This document shows positions 1 through 12,040 of a DNA stretch of 64,000 bases, piece by piece (within the stretch, counting starts at the first letter, position 1; each line of letters opens with the position of its first letter). The position numbers and the translations under genes were made by a program. Location: assembly GCA_031835245.2 (NCBI GenBank), contig JAVKOQ020000026.1, forward strand, positions 248,001-312,000, given 5' to 3'. The DNA comes from Balamuthia mandrillaris. Lineage: Eukaryota. The notes under the pieces are model-generated. The model saw only the letters and a program-made list of their open reading frames with translations. It was not told the origin of the DNA and made no database searches.

Positions 1-412
1 GAATAGCAAAAGAGATTCGTGAACCATTACCTACCTTCCGGCCCCGCGGCCTTTCGTTGTGCGCTGCTGTGTTCCTTTGGGTCTTTTTCAGGGTAAACAC
101 TATCGGGACGACGTGGAAATTATGTGATCGACGGCTCCGATCATTGATCTCAGCACATTATTTTTGATTAATTGATTGAAAAGAAATGGCAAGGGAATGT
201 AAGCCAGCCAGCAACGTCCCTGCTCTTCCCTGCTCCCTTTGGCGGGGGAAAATAGGTGTCGACAAGGACTGATGTCAAACCAACCCATTGCGCGTTGGTC
301 AATTAATCAAGAACAGTGCCTAAGTTTGCTTAGGGGGAGCGCCTCGTGCCAAAACTCTTGCTCTTTGACCCTCTTGGGTGTCTTTTGCTCAAGAGCGTGC
401 ACGCAGTCAGAC

Positions 413-3400
413 ATGGGTAGGGCTGGTTTGTGTCGCTTAGGAGGCCTGTCGGCGGCCCTGCTTCTGTTGTTTGTCTTGGTTGCCTCCGCCGCCGCAACGG
501 ACGGGTTTCTGCTGGGGAGACCCAAGGCCTCTCCCGCCGAGCAAGTGAAAGCTGTGCAGGGCCTCGTCTCGCGACTTTTGGGTCCGCAGTACCTCCCCTC
601 TTTTCAGCTTACCGTCAGCTCCTCGCCCAACTTGACCACCGACTACTTCCAACTCTCCTCGAAGCAGTGAGTTTTCTCTCTCTCTCTCTCTCTTCTCGCT
701 CTACCTCTTTCTAACATTATGTAAGGATCGATTCGAAAACGGTCATCTTCATTGAAGGATCGTCTGGAGTCTCTTTGGCATCGGGCTTGTACCACTACTT
801 GAAACACTATTGCAATGCCATCGTGACGTGGGGCGAAGATGGAACTGGGAATCAACTCTCTCTTCCTTCGCCCTTGCCTCCTGTTGTTGTCGACGCGAAG
901 AAAGGCGAGGGGAGTGAAGAAGAAGAAGAAGAAGAAGGGGAAGACCAGGAGGTGGTTGTCGCCACAGTGCCGTATCGTTATTACATGAACGTGTGTACGG
1001 TCAGTTACTCATCGGCGTGGTGGCAGTGGGACCGATGGGAGAAGGAGATTGACTGGATGGCATTGCATGGTATCAACCTGCCACTTTCATTCACGGGACA
1101 AGAGTACATATGGTCACTGGTAGCTATGATTGCTTCGACTTGCCCAATCTTCTCGTTCTTCTTGTTCTGTGACTTTTGGAAGTTATTGTGTCTGACCGTG
1201 TGCTTTTAGGTTTACACAAAACTTGGTTTGACAGAGGAGGAGGTTGCAGAGTATTTAGGCGGACCCGCCTTTCTAGCTTGGACTCGGATGGGTAATGTTC
1301 AAGAGTGGGGAGGGCCTCTTACTTCAACATGGCAGTTTGCTCAAGTACTATTCTCGTCTTCTTTGAAGAATCCATACTTCTGATTACTAACGGTTGCTTT
1401 CGTTGTGAAGGCACAATTGCAAAAGAAAATCCTTCAACGACAACGCCAGTTCGGAATGATTCCTGTTTTGCCTGGATTTGCTGGTCTCTCTCTCTCTCTC
1501 TCTCTCTCCGTGGTTATCTCTTTCTTCTATTTTTTTCTCACTCGTTCTCTTCTCTTCTTTCTTGTTCTTGTTCTTCTTCGTTCTTCTTTCTTCGTTCTTC
1601 TTCGTTCTTTAGTTGTCTGTGCTAGTTCTATTCTCCATTCTTTCCATCTTCTAAAGTCCGTCTCATTAAAACAGGACATGTTCCAAAAGCCATTCAACGA
1701 ATCTTTCCAAAAGCCAATCTTACAGAAGGTTACTGGAATAGCTTTACTTCCCCTTACAACCCGACTTATCTGTTGGATCCATTGGACCCAGCATTCCTTC
1801 AAATTGGCAGCACGTTCATTAAACTGCAAACCAGTTACTTTGGCACAGACCACATCTACAACGCCGATACCTTCAACGAAATGACTCCCGTCTCAAGCGA
1901 TGCCTCTTACCTCGCTGCCACCAGCAAAGCTGTCTTGCAAGGAATGAAAGTAGCAGATCCGTCCGCTAAGTGGTTGATGCAAGGATGGCTCTTTTTGAGC
2001 GGCTGGTGGAACCCGGATCGCATCAAGGCCTATCTCGGAAGCATTAGCAACGATGAGATGGTCATCTTGGACTTGTACTCAGAGACAACTCCCATTTGGT
2101 CGCAAACTAACTCCTACTTTGGAAAACCTTTTATTTGGTGCATGTTGCATAACTTTGGCGGAAATAGGGCGCTTTATGGTAACCTTTCCTCCATTGCCAC
2201 TCTTCCTTTGGAAGCACTGCATACTCCTGGCAGTACTATGGTTAGTTTCTTTCAAACTTGTTTTTTTTTTTTGCTTCCTCTTCTTTCGTCATTCCTTCTT
2301 TCTTTCGTTTACATTCTTTTTGTTTGTTTTTTTTTTTTGTTTATGCCTTCTTCTGTTCTTATTCTTTGCTAAAAAGGTGGGAATGGGAATGACTCCCGAA
2401 GCTATCGAACAAAATCCAGTCATGTATGAGCTCTTGACGGACATGGCATGGCTTTCTTCCGCTCCCAACGTTTCCCAATGGCTCATCGACTATGCACGAC
2501 AACGTTATGGTTCTTCCTCCCCTTCCGCAGAGCAGAGTTGGATGTTGCTTCACCAGTCCGTTTACCAACAACCAAAAATCGACAAGAGCAAAGTCGAATT
2601 GCTGCCTGACTTTTCGGTACCATGGAATGCCAATTCGAATCCTCTTTCTGATACGACGATGCTGACGAGTGCTTGGTATAACCTTCTCAAAAGCAAAAAC
2701 GAGTTTGTTGGAGGGAAGGTTACTGGCCCTTGGACATATGATCTTGTTGATGTCTCTCGACAGGTCATTCTCCTTCTTGTTCTTCTTCTTCTTCGTACTT
2801 TATTTCTTAAGCTTTTTTTGCAAATAGGTATTGGTGAATCTTTTCTACGATGCCAATCGTTTGATGTCCGTAGTGTATAAGGATTACATCAACAAGAACC
2901 AGCAACTACCAAAGCCGACACTACGAATGGAGTCCATTGGTAACGCAATGCTGCAAATGATCAGCGATCTTGATAGGCTGCTTGCCACCGACTCCAACTA
3001 TCTTCTTGGGAAGTGGTACGTTCAGTATTTCTCTGCTTGTTTCTGTTTATCTTTTTTTTTTGTTTGTGTCTTTTCATTAGCTTTTTGGCGAACGTTTACT
3101 CTAGTCTCATCCCTCCTCTCCCGTCTCGTCTCGTCTCGTCTCGTCTCGTCTCGTCTCTCTCTCTCTCTCGCTCGCTCTCGTTCTCTCTGTTCTCCTCACT
3201 AAGATCTTTGGTTTTACAGGGTGAACAGAGCCCAAAAATGGGCGACGACCAGCGAGGAAGCCCATCAACTAGACTTCAACGCCAAGAATCAAATCACTCT
3301 GTGGGGTCCCAACGGCGAAATCAACGACTATGCCAGCAAGCAATGGTCCGGTCTGCTCTCCGCCTACTACTCACGGCGGTGGAGCCTCCTGCTCTTCGAG

Positions 3401-3808
3401 GTAGTCTGGGCCATGGAGTTTGGTCAGCCCTTTGACCCTTCCTCCTACCACCAGAAAGCGCTGGCGTTGGGGCAACTGTGGGCCACTTATTCCTTCAACC
3501 AAACGTTTCCTTCAAAGCCCTCCGGAGAAGATAGCTATAAGGTGGCGAACGAGCTTTATGCCAACTATTCTTCTGAGGCGCTGCTTAGCAAGTTCTACAC
3601 CAAGCAAGAAGGAAGGGATGCGCCCGGCAATGACATGTTCGCTAACGTGCCGGCCTGGACCAAGGACCTCGGCCAGTTGGCGTTTTTGTGCAACTTGGAT
3701 CCGGCTTGCGCGGGCTTCAACACGAACGGCTGGCTCAAGTACTCCGTCTCTCCCACCGTTCCCTCTTCTGTGGATCTCTGGGTCAAAAAAGCTGCCCGGA
3801 AAAATTGA
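413..3808 (+). CDS. NAGLU: Alpha-N-acetylglucosaminidase (GH89), multi-exon, signal peptide, C-terminal PAN/apple-like extension
   Basis: Exons give YRYYMNVCTVSYSSAWWQWDRWEKEIDWMALHGIN, YNADTFNEM, WCMLHNFGG, PEAIEQNPVMYEL and NAKNQITLWGPNGEINDYASKQWSGL, all typical GH89 motifs; hydrophobic N-terminus. Confidence 0.95.
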
Positions 3809-4108
3809 AGCTTCAATGCTGCCCCGAGATTCTCATTTTGGTTGGTGGATGTATTTCCCCTAATCCCCGAAACTATGCCCCTATTGGCCCATATTTCCCC
3901 CTTTTTTCTGTGTCCTTTTTTCCCTATTGGTTTACCTATTCGATTTCAACCTTTTTGTTGCACCAAAGAAGAGCAGCATCCTCTCTTTCGTCCAGCACGC
4001 CTCGCGCTTCGGGCTTTGCTTACGGTCTTCCATATCGTTTTTTTGAGCTCTTTCGAAGCGCCACAACAAGCGAAGCAAGAAAGGAGAGCCAACGGGAAGA
4101 GATAAGAG

Positions 4109-5227
4109 ATGGTGTGGTGGTTATTGACCTTTTGGTACTATCACCCGCTCGTAACGATCGTGGCGGCGGTGGTCACCTTGGAACTGCTCAAATGGAAGAA
4201 AGAGGTCGACCGGCAAGGTCAGCCCGCCTTTGGCGTCAAGAAACCGCCGCCTCCTGCCGCTGCCCCCCAGAAGGAAGGCGAGGAGGGCGATAACCCTGAA
4301 GTCGTTGTCGTCGGCGCCGGTGCCGCTGGTTTAGCGGTTCGTTTCATTCACTCATTCTTTCTCTTCTTTCTTTTTTGTCCAAAACTGAAAACAAACAAAC
4401 AGGCAGGAGCAGCCCTTGCCAACGTGGGCCTCTCCTATGTCATCCTGGAAAAAACAGGGGAGGTGGGCAGCGCCTGGCGTGGCCGCTATGACCGACTTCA
4501 CTTGCACACCACCCGTGGCTACTCTGCCTTGCCATTTGTCCCTTTCCCATGTACCTTCTACTTCTCTCTTGTCTTCATTCTATTCTTTGTTGTGCTTCTT
4601 GTGCGTCTTCTTATGCGTTCTTCTTCTGCGCTCTTCTTCTTCTCCTCGTCCTCCCCCTCCTTTGAACTCCATCTTTCTTCTGTCTTTCTCTTATTCCTTT
4701 CAACAAACTGCCTACAGCATGCATGCCTCTATTTCCATCGAAGCAACAAGTTGTGCAATACTTGGAAGGTTATGCAAAGATGCTGCAGTTGAACATCCGC
4801 TTTCACAAGGAAGTAACAGCAGCCAGATACGACGAGAAGCAGGGCCTTTGGATGGTAACTTACAGGAGCACCAAGAAAGAGGCCAGCGACGAAGATGAAG
4901 ATGAGACAGTGCTTCATCCACGCTTTCTCGTGGTAGCTACAGGAGAGCACGGTCAGCCACGTGCGCCCCATTGGAGTGGACAAGATGCTTTCCAAGGATC
5001 CATTTGCCATACAAGCTCGTACGGTTTCGCTTATTGATGCCTTTTCTTGTGCTCCTTTAACCTCTTCTTGCTGTTCTTACCCATTTCCTCTGTTCTCCAA
5101 TCATTTTCTGTTTCTACAAAGGTACAAGAACGGAGAGGCATACAGAGGCAAGAATGTGCTGGTCGTTGGCTTTGGCAACTCTGGTGCTGAAGTTTGTTTG
5201 GATTTGGTAAGTCTAATATGCCTCTCT

Positions 5228-5274
<47 letters not shown>

Positions 5275-6054
5275 ACTCTATCTCTAACAGAAAAAACCAA
5301 ACACACAAGTGGGAGCATGACGCAAAGCCCTCTGTTTTGGTTCGCAGCCCAACCAACATCGTTCCTCGCGGCCTCACCTATCTCTTTGCCGACATCTTGG
5401 AAAGCAAACTGGGGTCTAGATCAATGCCTCTTGCAGTTAACGACATGGCCGCCAAGCTGATCATGCAAGTCTTGTACAAGGACTTGAAACAATATGGCAT
5501 TGTTGTTCCACATCCAACATGGGGTGTGGCTTCCGGCATACATTATCTTCACCACGCACCTCTCATTGATATTGGCACAGTCGATCTGATAAGAAAGGGA
5601 GAGGTGAAAGTGGTTACCCATAACATTGAGAAGTTCACCGCATCTGGTTTGTTTGTTCAGTTCCTCCTCTGCTCCTCTTTCCATTTTGCTGTTCTGTTTG
5701 TTTCTGTTTTAAGTTTTTCTGATCTCTTTTTTCTTTTTGTTATTCGGCTGCTCATCTTGAATGTTTACAGGAGTCAAGTTTGAGAACGGAGACGAACAAG
5801 AGTTTGACGACGTAATATTAGCAACTGGTTACGACTTTTGTCACACCTTCCAGTTTCTCGGTAAGGAAGTGCTGCAGAAGGTGGTGAACGAGTACGGCGT
5901 CGTTCAAAGCGGGAAGGAGTCCGCCCAGAAGGCTCTCTTTTTCATCGGGTTGAGCGACTTGGTCGGTCGTTTTGGCGAGATGCGAGTGGAAGCTCTTCAC
6001 ATCGCCGATGCCATCAAACAACAAAAGCAGTTTGTTTCCAACAAAAGCAACTGA
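4109..6054 (+). CDS. Flavin-containing monooxygenase, YUCCA-like, with N-terminal TM anchor
   Basis: GAGAAG FAD motif, WRGRYDRLHLHT, FQGSICHTSSYK (FxGxxxHxxxY), GFGNSG NADPH motif and ATGY across spliced exons. Confidence 0.9.
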
Positions 6055-6407
6055 GAAAAGCATGGATGAAGCGTGAGAGGAAGTTACCTCCATTCTTTTC
6101 TTTCATTCTCAACCCCCATACGCCCCAAAGTGCTAAGCAAGGTAAACAACTCTTCTCTCTGCTCTCGCAGTGTTTGTCGTTGCTTTTTTTACCAAGACCA
6201 ATGTTTGGTCCAGACAAAGGAAAACCGCAAGGCAACGAGATGTTATGAATGAAAGGAGTAGAAGTAATTGGTGGCTTATATTAATTGATATGTAATTCAG
6301 ACCCTTTTCGCTGTCAGTCTCCTTATTTACTTTTTGCTCAGACAGTCCCTCCTACTGCCAACACAACCACAAACACCAAACCAGCAAACCACGCCATTTT
6401 AAAAACT

Positions 6408-8123
6408 ATGGTTGACAGGCTCCACCACGCCAAACTTCTCTTATTTTTGCTCTGCCTGGTCGGCCTCTCTTTGGAGCAAGTCTCGGCAGGGGACTGCCCA
6501 ACCACTTTTCCCTCCGCGGTGAACGTCACGCTCCCCTTGGACGCCGATCTGCCTGGCGAGGGCTTCCGACTCTTCTCCGACCTCAGCATCCGACTTGGTT
6601 CCCGCGTGCAAGGCATCGGCGACTTCAACGGAGATGGCCTCAATGACTTTGTGGTCTCGTGCGCACGACCTCAGTTCACCAAGATTGCAAAGCTGGGAGG
6701 CATCGTCCCCTCGGGTCTGGCCTGGATTGTTTACGGCAGGGAGGAGCATCCTGAGGGGGACCTCCTGGATCTGGATCAACTGAACGGAAGCGACGGTGTG
6801 CTGCTCGTCCCTATGAACGAGGATCTCGAGAGAGAGGACTATCCTTTCGGACAGTTCATGGAACCTGCAGGAGACTTCAACGGAGACGACTTCAAGGACC
6901 TTATCATCTCGGACGCGGCCTACGGCTACCCTGGCATCTCCGGGCGCATCTTCGTTGTCTACGGCACTGACAAGCCTTTCGAAAACGGAATGCTATTCAT
7001 GAGCGATCTGAACGGAACGAACGGCTTCATGATCGATGCAAAAACCGATGGTTACTATTTGGGGCGTCATCTGGGCTTCCTGCGTGATGTGAATGGGGAT
7101 GGCTATGATGACGTCGGCTTCACCAACGCCAACACTGATGTGTACGTTCTCTTTGGAAGAGAGGAGGCCATAGCGGACGGTTATTTGGGATTGCAAGACG
7201 TTGCGAACGGGGAGAACGGACTCCTGGTCATCAACAGCGAAGATGCAGAAAGCAGGAAAAGAAAGAAACTTAGCAGACAAGTTCGAGTCACCGATTTGGA
7301 TGCCGATTCTCTTCCTGATCTCCTCTTCGAAGTAGATGAAACTTTCATGGGAGTCATCTTCGGAAAGAATCAAAAAACCCTCTACTCCGACACCCAACTC
7401 GACGTAGCCTCTCTTGGCGCGGACGACATGCTTTTGCTCACCTCCACAGGCGTCTCCACTGGCTACTATAACCCGGGCGGAGACTTCAACGGCGACGGCC
7501 GTCGTGACACGCTTATCCACACTTTGGATAATAACGCCTACATCCTATTCGGCAGTCCCGAGTGGAACGACGGGCGCGGAAGCTTCAACCTGGCAACCGA
7601 CCTTGACGATGAGACAATTGGAATAAGGATCACTAGTGCCCAGTACGTCATACACCCTAGTGAGAATGCTATAGTGTCTGCTGGAGATTGGAACGGCGAC
7701 GGTTATGACGATGTTCTTGTCAGATTGTTGCACGACACTTTTACGGGTGGTGTCGGGTCCCAAGGAGCTGCCTTCCTCGTCTTTGGCTCCGCCAATCCTC
7801 CCGCCGCCATCGTTTTGGAGAACATGGACGAGCAACAAGGCATATTGTTTTGGGGAACCCTGTCGAGCGGTCATCTTGGTTCCTCCGTTTCTGCCGTTTA
7901 CGACTTCAACGGCGACAACGCACATGACATCGTCCTCGGCGAGCCTAGCACTTTTAAGATGGATGAGCCCAGCAGCTTCGGGTACGCCTACGTGTTGTAC
8001 GGATGCGGCGTGGCTGCTTCTGATGGCGATGGAGCAGATGGCGGTGATGGAGAGGATGGAGGTGATGGCAGTGATGGTGGACCAGCGGACAGGATGCAAC
8101 CTTTATTTTCCTCTCTGACGTAA
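6408..8123 (+). CDS. Secreted FG-GAP repeat (integrin-alpha-like beta-propeller) protein, intronless
   Basis: Signal peptide; repeated GDFNGDGxxD Ca-binding motifs; LNGTNGF segments; Gly/Asp-rich C-terminal linker. Confidence 0.9.
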   Translation: MVDRLHHAKLLLFLLCLVGLSLEQVSAGDCPTTFPSAVNVTLPLDADLPGEGFRLFSDLSIRLGSRVQGIGDFNGDGLNDFVVSCARPQFTKIAKLGGIVPSGLAWIVYGREEHPEGDLLDLDQLNGSDGVLLVPMNEDLEREDYPFGQFMEPAGDFNGDDFKDLIISDAAYGYPGISGRIFVVYGTDKPFENGMLFMSDLNGTNGFMIDAKTDGYYLGRHLGFLRDVNGDGYDDVGFTNANTDVYVLFGREEAIADGYLGLQDVANGENGLLVINSEDAESRKRKKLSRQVRVTDLDADSLPDLLFEVDETFMGVIFGKNQKTLYSDTQLDVASLGADDMLLLTSTGVSTGYYNPGGDFNGDGRRDTLIHTLDNNAYILFGSPEWNDGRGSFNLATDLDDETIGIRITSAQYVIHPSENAIVSAGDWNGDGYDDVLVRLLHDTFTGGVGSQGAAFLVFGSANPPAAIVLENMDEQQGILFWGTLSSGHLGSSVSAVYDFNGDNAHDIVLGEPSTFKMDEPSSFGYAYVLYGCGVAASDGDGADGGDGEDGGDGSDGGPADRMQPLFSSLT

Positions 8124-8358
8124 GTCACCAGTATTCACGCCCTTAAAACAACATTCTTTCTGCGGGACTGTCATTCCCGCTAACACACACCCCACAGCTG
8201 CTTGACCCACTTTATGCCAAACAAACCTCAAAATAAACCTTCATAAGGGCTGATTAATAATAATCATCCAGACCCTATAGGAGCAAGGAAGAAAAAAAAA
8301 CAAACAACGGGCGCAACATACCGCCAAAGAACAATACTACAAAAAGAGGAAGAAGACA

Positions 8359-8503
8359 ATGGGGTCCATAAAGGTGCCGGTGGCCTTGTTCCCACTCGCG
8401 TTCTTGCTGGGCGTGGTGTGTGTGGATTTGGCCTTCGATATTGCTGCCCTCTCTTCCTCCAACGATAGGTTGGAAGAAGGTAACAATGCCTTACTAACCC
8501 CCT

Positions 8504-8571
<68 letters not shown>

Positions 8572-9023
8572 AGAGTACTCTTAAGCAAACAACAAATCTT
8601 TCTCTTTTCCTTTCTGTAGCAAGCTTCTATTATCGTATGCACCGTAAAGCAACACCCAGTGTGGTGATACCAGCCGTTGTGGCGCAGCTGGTCGCGCTGT
8701 TTGTCATTTTGGTCAAAGAGCTCTTGTCCTCGGCCGACCAGAGAGGGCTGAAGTTGCTGAACTTGGCTCTGTTGGCAGCTGGAGGATTCATCTTTGGTGG
8801 GATTCTCATTCCTTTGGAGGAAGAGCTGTCTGAACTCCCAATGATCACCTCCAACATCACCCATTTGGAAGCCGTGGAGCAACAGAAAAGGGGCCTGCTG
8901 TTGGAGATCATGTATTACCATGTGACTTGCGTGGTGCTTATGCTGGTGTCCCTCGCTTTGCAGGTCTTTCAAGCTGCCAACGAAAGCACAGAGGCAACAC
9001 CAACCAAGAAAAAGCTCAAGTAA
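8359..9023 (+). CDS. 4-TM ER membrane protein, Shr3-like, 2 exons (intron ~8480-8619)
   Basis: Spliced ORF FLLGVVCVDLAFD...LEEASFYY...LALQV; four hydrophobic segments; C-terminal KKLK dilysine motif. Confidence 0.6.
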
Positions 9024-9561
9024 CTGACCAACGCGCAATGGTTTGGTTGTGGCGGTCGTCCTTGCCAACACATTAAAGCAGCAGGGACTTTATTGCCCCC
9101 TTTTTTTCCCTTGGCCATTTCTTTTCCGTTTTCTGCGCGCACATCTAGATATTACGAGGGAAGTGAGACAGGAGAGAGGAGGATAGGAGAGCGGACAAGA
9201 GATAAGTAAGACGCACAAACCATAATACAAAGGCCACTGGAAGGGAACTACATAATGCCGCCGAAGGGACCTCGCCAGCTGAACAATCGTGCCGAAAAAC
9301 CTGAATAGATCTTCTTGCAGCCATTTTTTTTTTGAATGAAAGAAAAAGGAACCAAGCTAGGTCACTGTTTGTTTCGGCAGAGGGAATTTTCACGGTGATG
9401 TAAAACCAACGGAAGAAGTCCTCCACATGCACTCCGTTGACCTAAAGCCTGAGACATTTCACAGTCCAGAACGCAAACAAGACAAGGACGACTTGATTGA
9501 ATTCTTTACAAAGCAGCAAAGAAAGGTGCGTTACATAAAAATTTTTCTTTCCAGTCAACGC

Positions 9562-9634
9562 GCCGGGCTAGCTCAGTCGGTAGAGCGCAAGACTCTTAAT
9601 CTTGTGGTCGTGGGTTCGAGCCCCACGCCTGGCG
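9562..9634 (+). tRNA. tRNA-Lys (CTT)
   Basis: Cloverleaf GCCGGGC/GCCTGGC, D arm GCTC/GAGC, anticodon arm CAAGA-CTCTTAA-TCTTG, TTCGA T loop, followed by a poly-T terminator. Confidence 0.97.
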
Positions 9635-9778
9635 ATTTCTTCTTTTTTTTTTTGAATACGAAATGTCTGTAATGTCCCTCTCTGCAAAGAATTCTTGTAA
9701 TGACGACACCAACGAAGAACTGAACTCAACAGACATATGCTGAACGCTTCTAAGCCGAACAACGAAGGCGACAAGAGA

Positions 9779-9810
<32 letters not shown>

Positions 9811-9864
9811 ATGCAAGCAAAAGATAATAAGAGAAACGACAACAGATTGTATGGTGACCTGAGT

Positions 9865-10476
9865 TTACCAAACCCACCAATACTTGTCGGATTTATCCAA
9901 TAGAAAATTCTTGAGGGGCACTGGCTTGGTATCTCCTGTGACATTTAAAATAAATATCAGAAAAAACTATTGTAACAACGGTCTGTTGGAGGCAAACATA
10001 CCTGATTGCAAATTGCCCATTGTAAATGGACTTGAAGTTCAAAAGCAACCAAAGCAAGAGGGTTAAAAACAGAGTACAAAACCAAGTGAAAGAAAAGAAT
10101 AGGAAAAAAAAAAAGAACAAAAGAATGATAATGAAGGAAAATAAAAGGGAAAACGAAGAGACAATACCCATATTTAGTGCGAACGATCCGTGTCACAGTT
10201 AACCGGAGATGCTCAAAGACCCGACGTATCTCCCTATTTTTTCCCTCCGCGAGAACCACCTTCAACCAAATGTTCTGACGTTCCAGCTGCCCTTCCAGTC
10301 TCCTTGGCACGCGTTGTGTCTTTTCTATCTTCATGGGGGCGTAATGGATGCCTGCCACTGTTACTCCTTCTCGAAGTCGTTCCACGTGCCGTTGTGTCAA
10401 CTGTAGTTATTGGGGTGATATTGTTTGTTATCACCAAGTGCCACCGAAAAAAGTGGATCTGGAAGGAAAAGGGAAA

Positions 10477-10511
<35 letters not shown>

Positions 10512-11878
10512 CAAGATACAAAAAAGAAAAGGAACAAGGAAGGCTTACGTGTCCGCGAATGCGAACTCGGTATTCTCTCTTCCAGGCATGCTTAGGGTGC
10601 TCGAGGTATTGAGCGAGGCTAGCGTTGTTCGTCAAGACAAGCAAGCCTTCGCTGGTAAAGTCCAAACGGCCAACCGATATCAACCTGGGAAGGCCCATGT
10701 TCTGTAGGTGAGGAAATAGCGCAACGCGCCCCTCCGGATCGTGGTGGGTCACTATCACTCCTTGCTTCTTATAGTGCAGGTAGACCTTTGGGATAGGCTG
10801 TCTTGGAAGCTGTGTTCAAACGAAAGAAGGACCGAGGATAAGAAAAGGATGGCAACGAAGACTTAAACAAATGAATGGGGAAAGAAAAGAACCTGTTGAC
10901 CAGCTATCCGCACAACGTTGTTGGGGTCAACGATGGTTGCTGGAGTTTCCACCGGCAGACCATCCACTGTCACTATTCCCTGGTTCGACGTAAAAGATCT
11001 CTTATTATTCTTTTGACAAGAGAAGAAAGAAGAGATAGAGGAGAGAGGAGAGAGGAGGGAGGAGAGAAGAGAGAAGAGAGAGGAGAGAGGAGAGAGGAGA
11101 GAGGAGAGGAGAGGAGGAGGAGAGGAGAGGAGAGGAGAGAGGGAGAGAGGAGAGAGGAGAGAGGAGAGAGGAGAGAGGAGAGAGGAGAGAGGAGAGAGGA
11201 GAGAGGAGAGAATAATACCTCCGCTATCAGCTTCTCAGCAGTTCTTCTGGAGCATAGCCCACTTCTGGCAATTCTCTTGGCAATGCGCTCCGGCGGGGCA
11301 AAGCCATACTTGATGACGGCCTCGCGCAGCCACTCCTCCGCCGTGACCACAGACTCCCCTCTCGCTTTCTTGGCCAGCATCTCCAGCCTGGCCGCGTCTA
11401 TTTCTTGCATGCGGCTCATGTCGGCTTCGCTCATGAGCAGCCCTTCTTCTTTTTCCTCCAACAGCGCATTGGTCGGTTGATCTACTTCTGTGAGAGCATA
11501 GTCGTAGTAGCCCAAGGCATCTTCTCCTTCATCTCCTTCCTCTTCTTCTTCATCTACGAATGCCACCGGTCTTTTGACAGTTTGCCTTGGGGATACGACG
11601 GTGACAGGCTTCGGCACGTACGGCAAAGGCTCCTCCTCTCTGTGCGTTCGAGAACCAAAGCGCCTGCTGGCGTCAGGCTTGCCTCGGTCTTGATCGCGGA
11701 GAGTAGAGAAAGAGGCAGTGCCGATGGAGAGCGGGGGAAGTCGTTTCTGTGGGAGTGGTGGCAGCAGTTGTGATCTGGCCTTTGACGTCGTGGTACGCAC
11801 CAGCGGCACCCACCACACTCGACTGTGGGGCGTAGCCGTAGCCGCAGCGGCAGCGGCGGCGGTGGGTCTAGCGAGCAT
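9865..11878 (-). CDS. RsuA/RluB-family pseudouridine synthase with S4 domain, probably organellar
   Basis: ERIAKRIARSGLCSRRTAEKLI (S4), catalytic GRLDFTSEGLLVLTN, EGKNREIRRVF, RIVRTKYGPF; Arg/Ser-rich N-terminus. Confidence 0.88.
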
Positions 11879-12040
11879 GGCTTCCTCTCTCTCCTCTTTT
11901 GCTTTGTTACCTATTACCTTTTTTTTTGCCAAGCGTTCTTTAAATTTTTTCAATTCTTATCATTCCACAAATAGCTTAGATTCCAAAAATGAATATCTCC
12001 CATTCTTGAAATAATTGATATTCCAGAGAATTTTTTTTTT

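Noticed and set aside
9145..9432. Minus-strand ORF upstream of tRNA-Lys
   Set aside because: No recognisable homology or consistent exon structure
9698..9745. Possible C/D snoRNA (ATGACGA...CTGA...CTGA)
   Set aside because: Imperfect C box, no terminal stem, and the putative guide only partly matches 18S rRNA as I recall it
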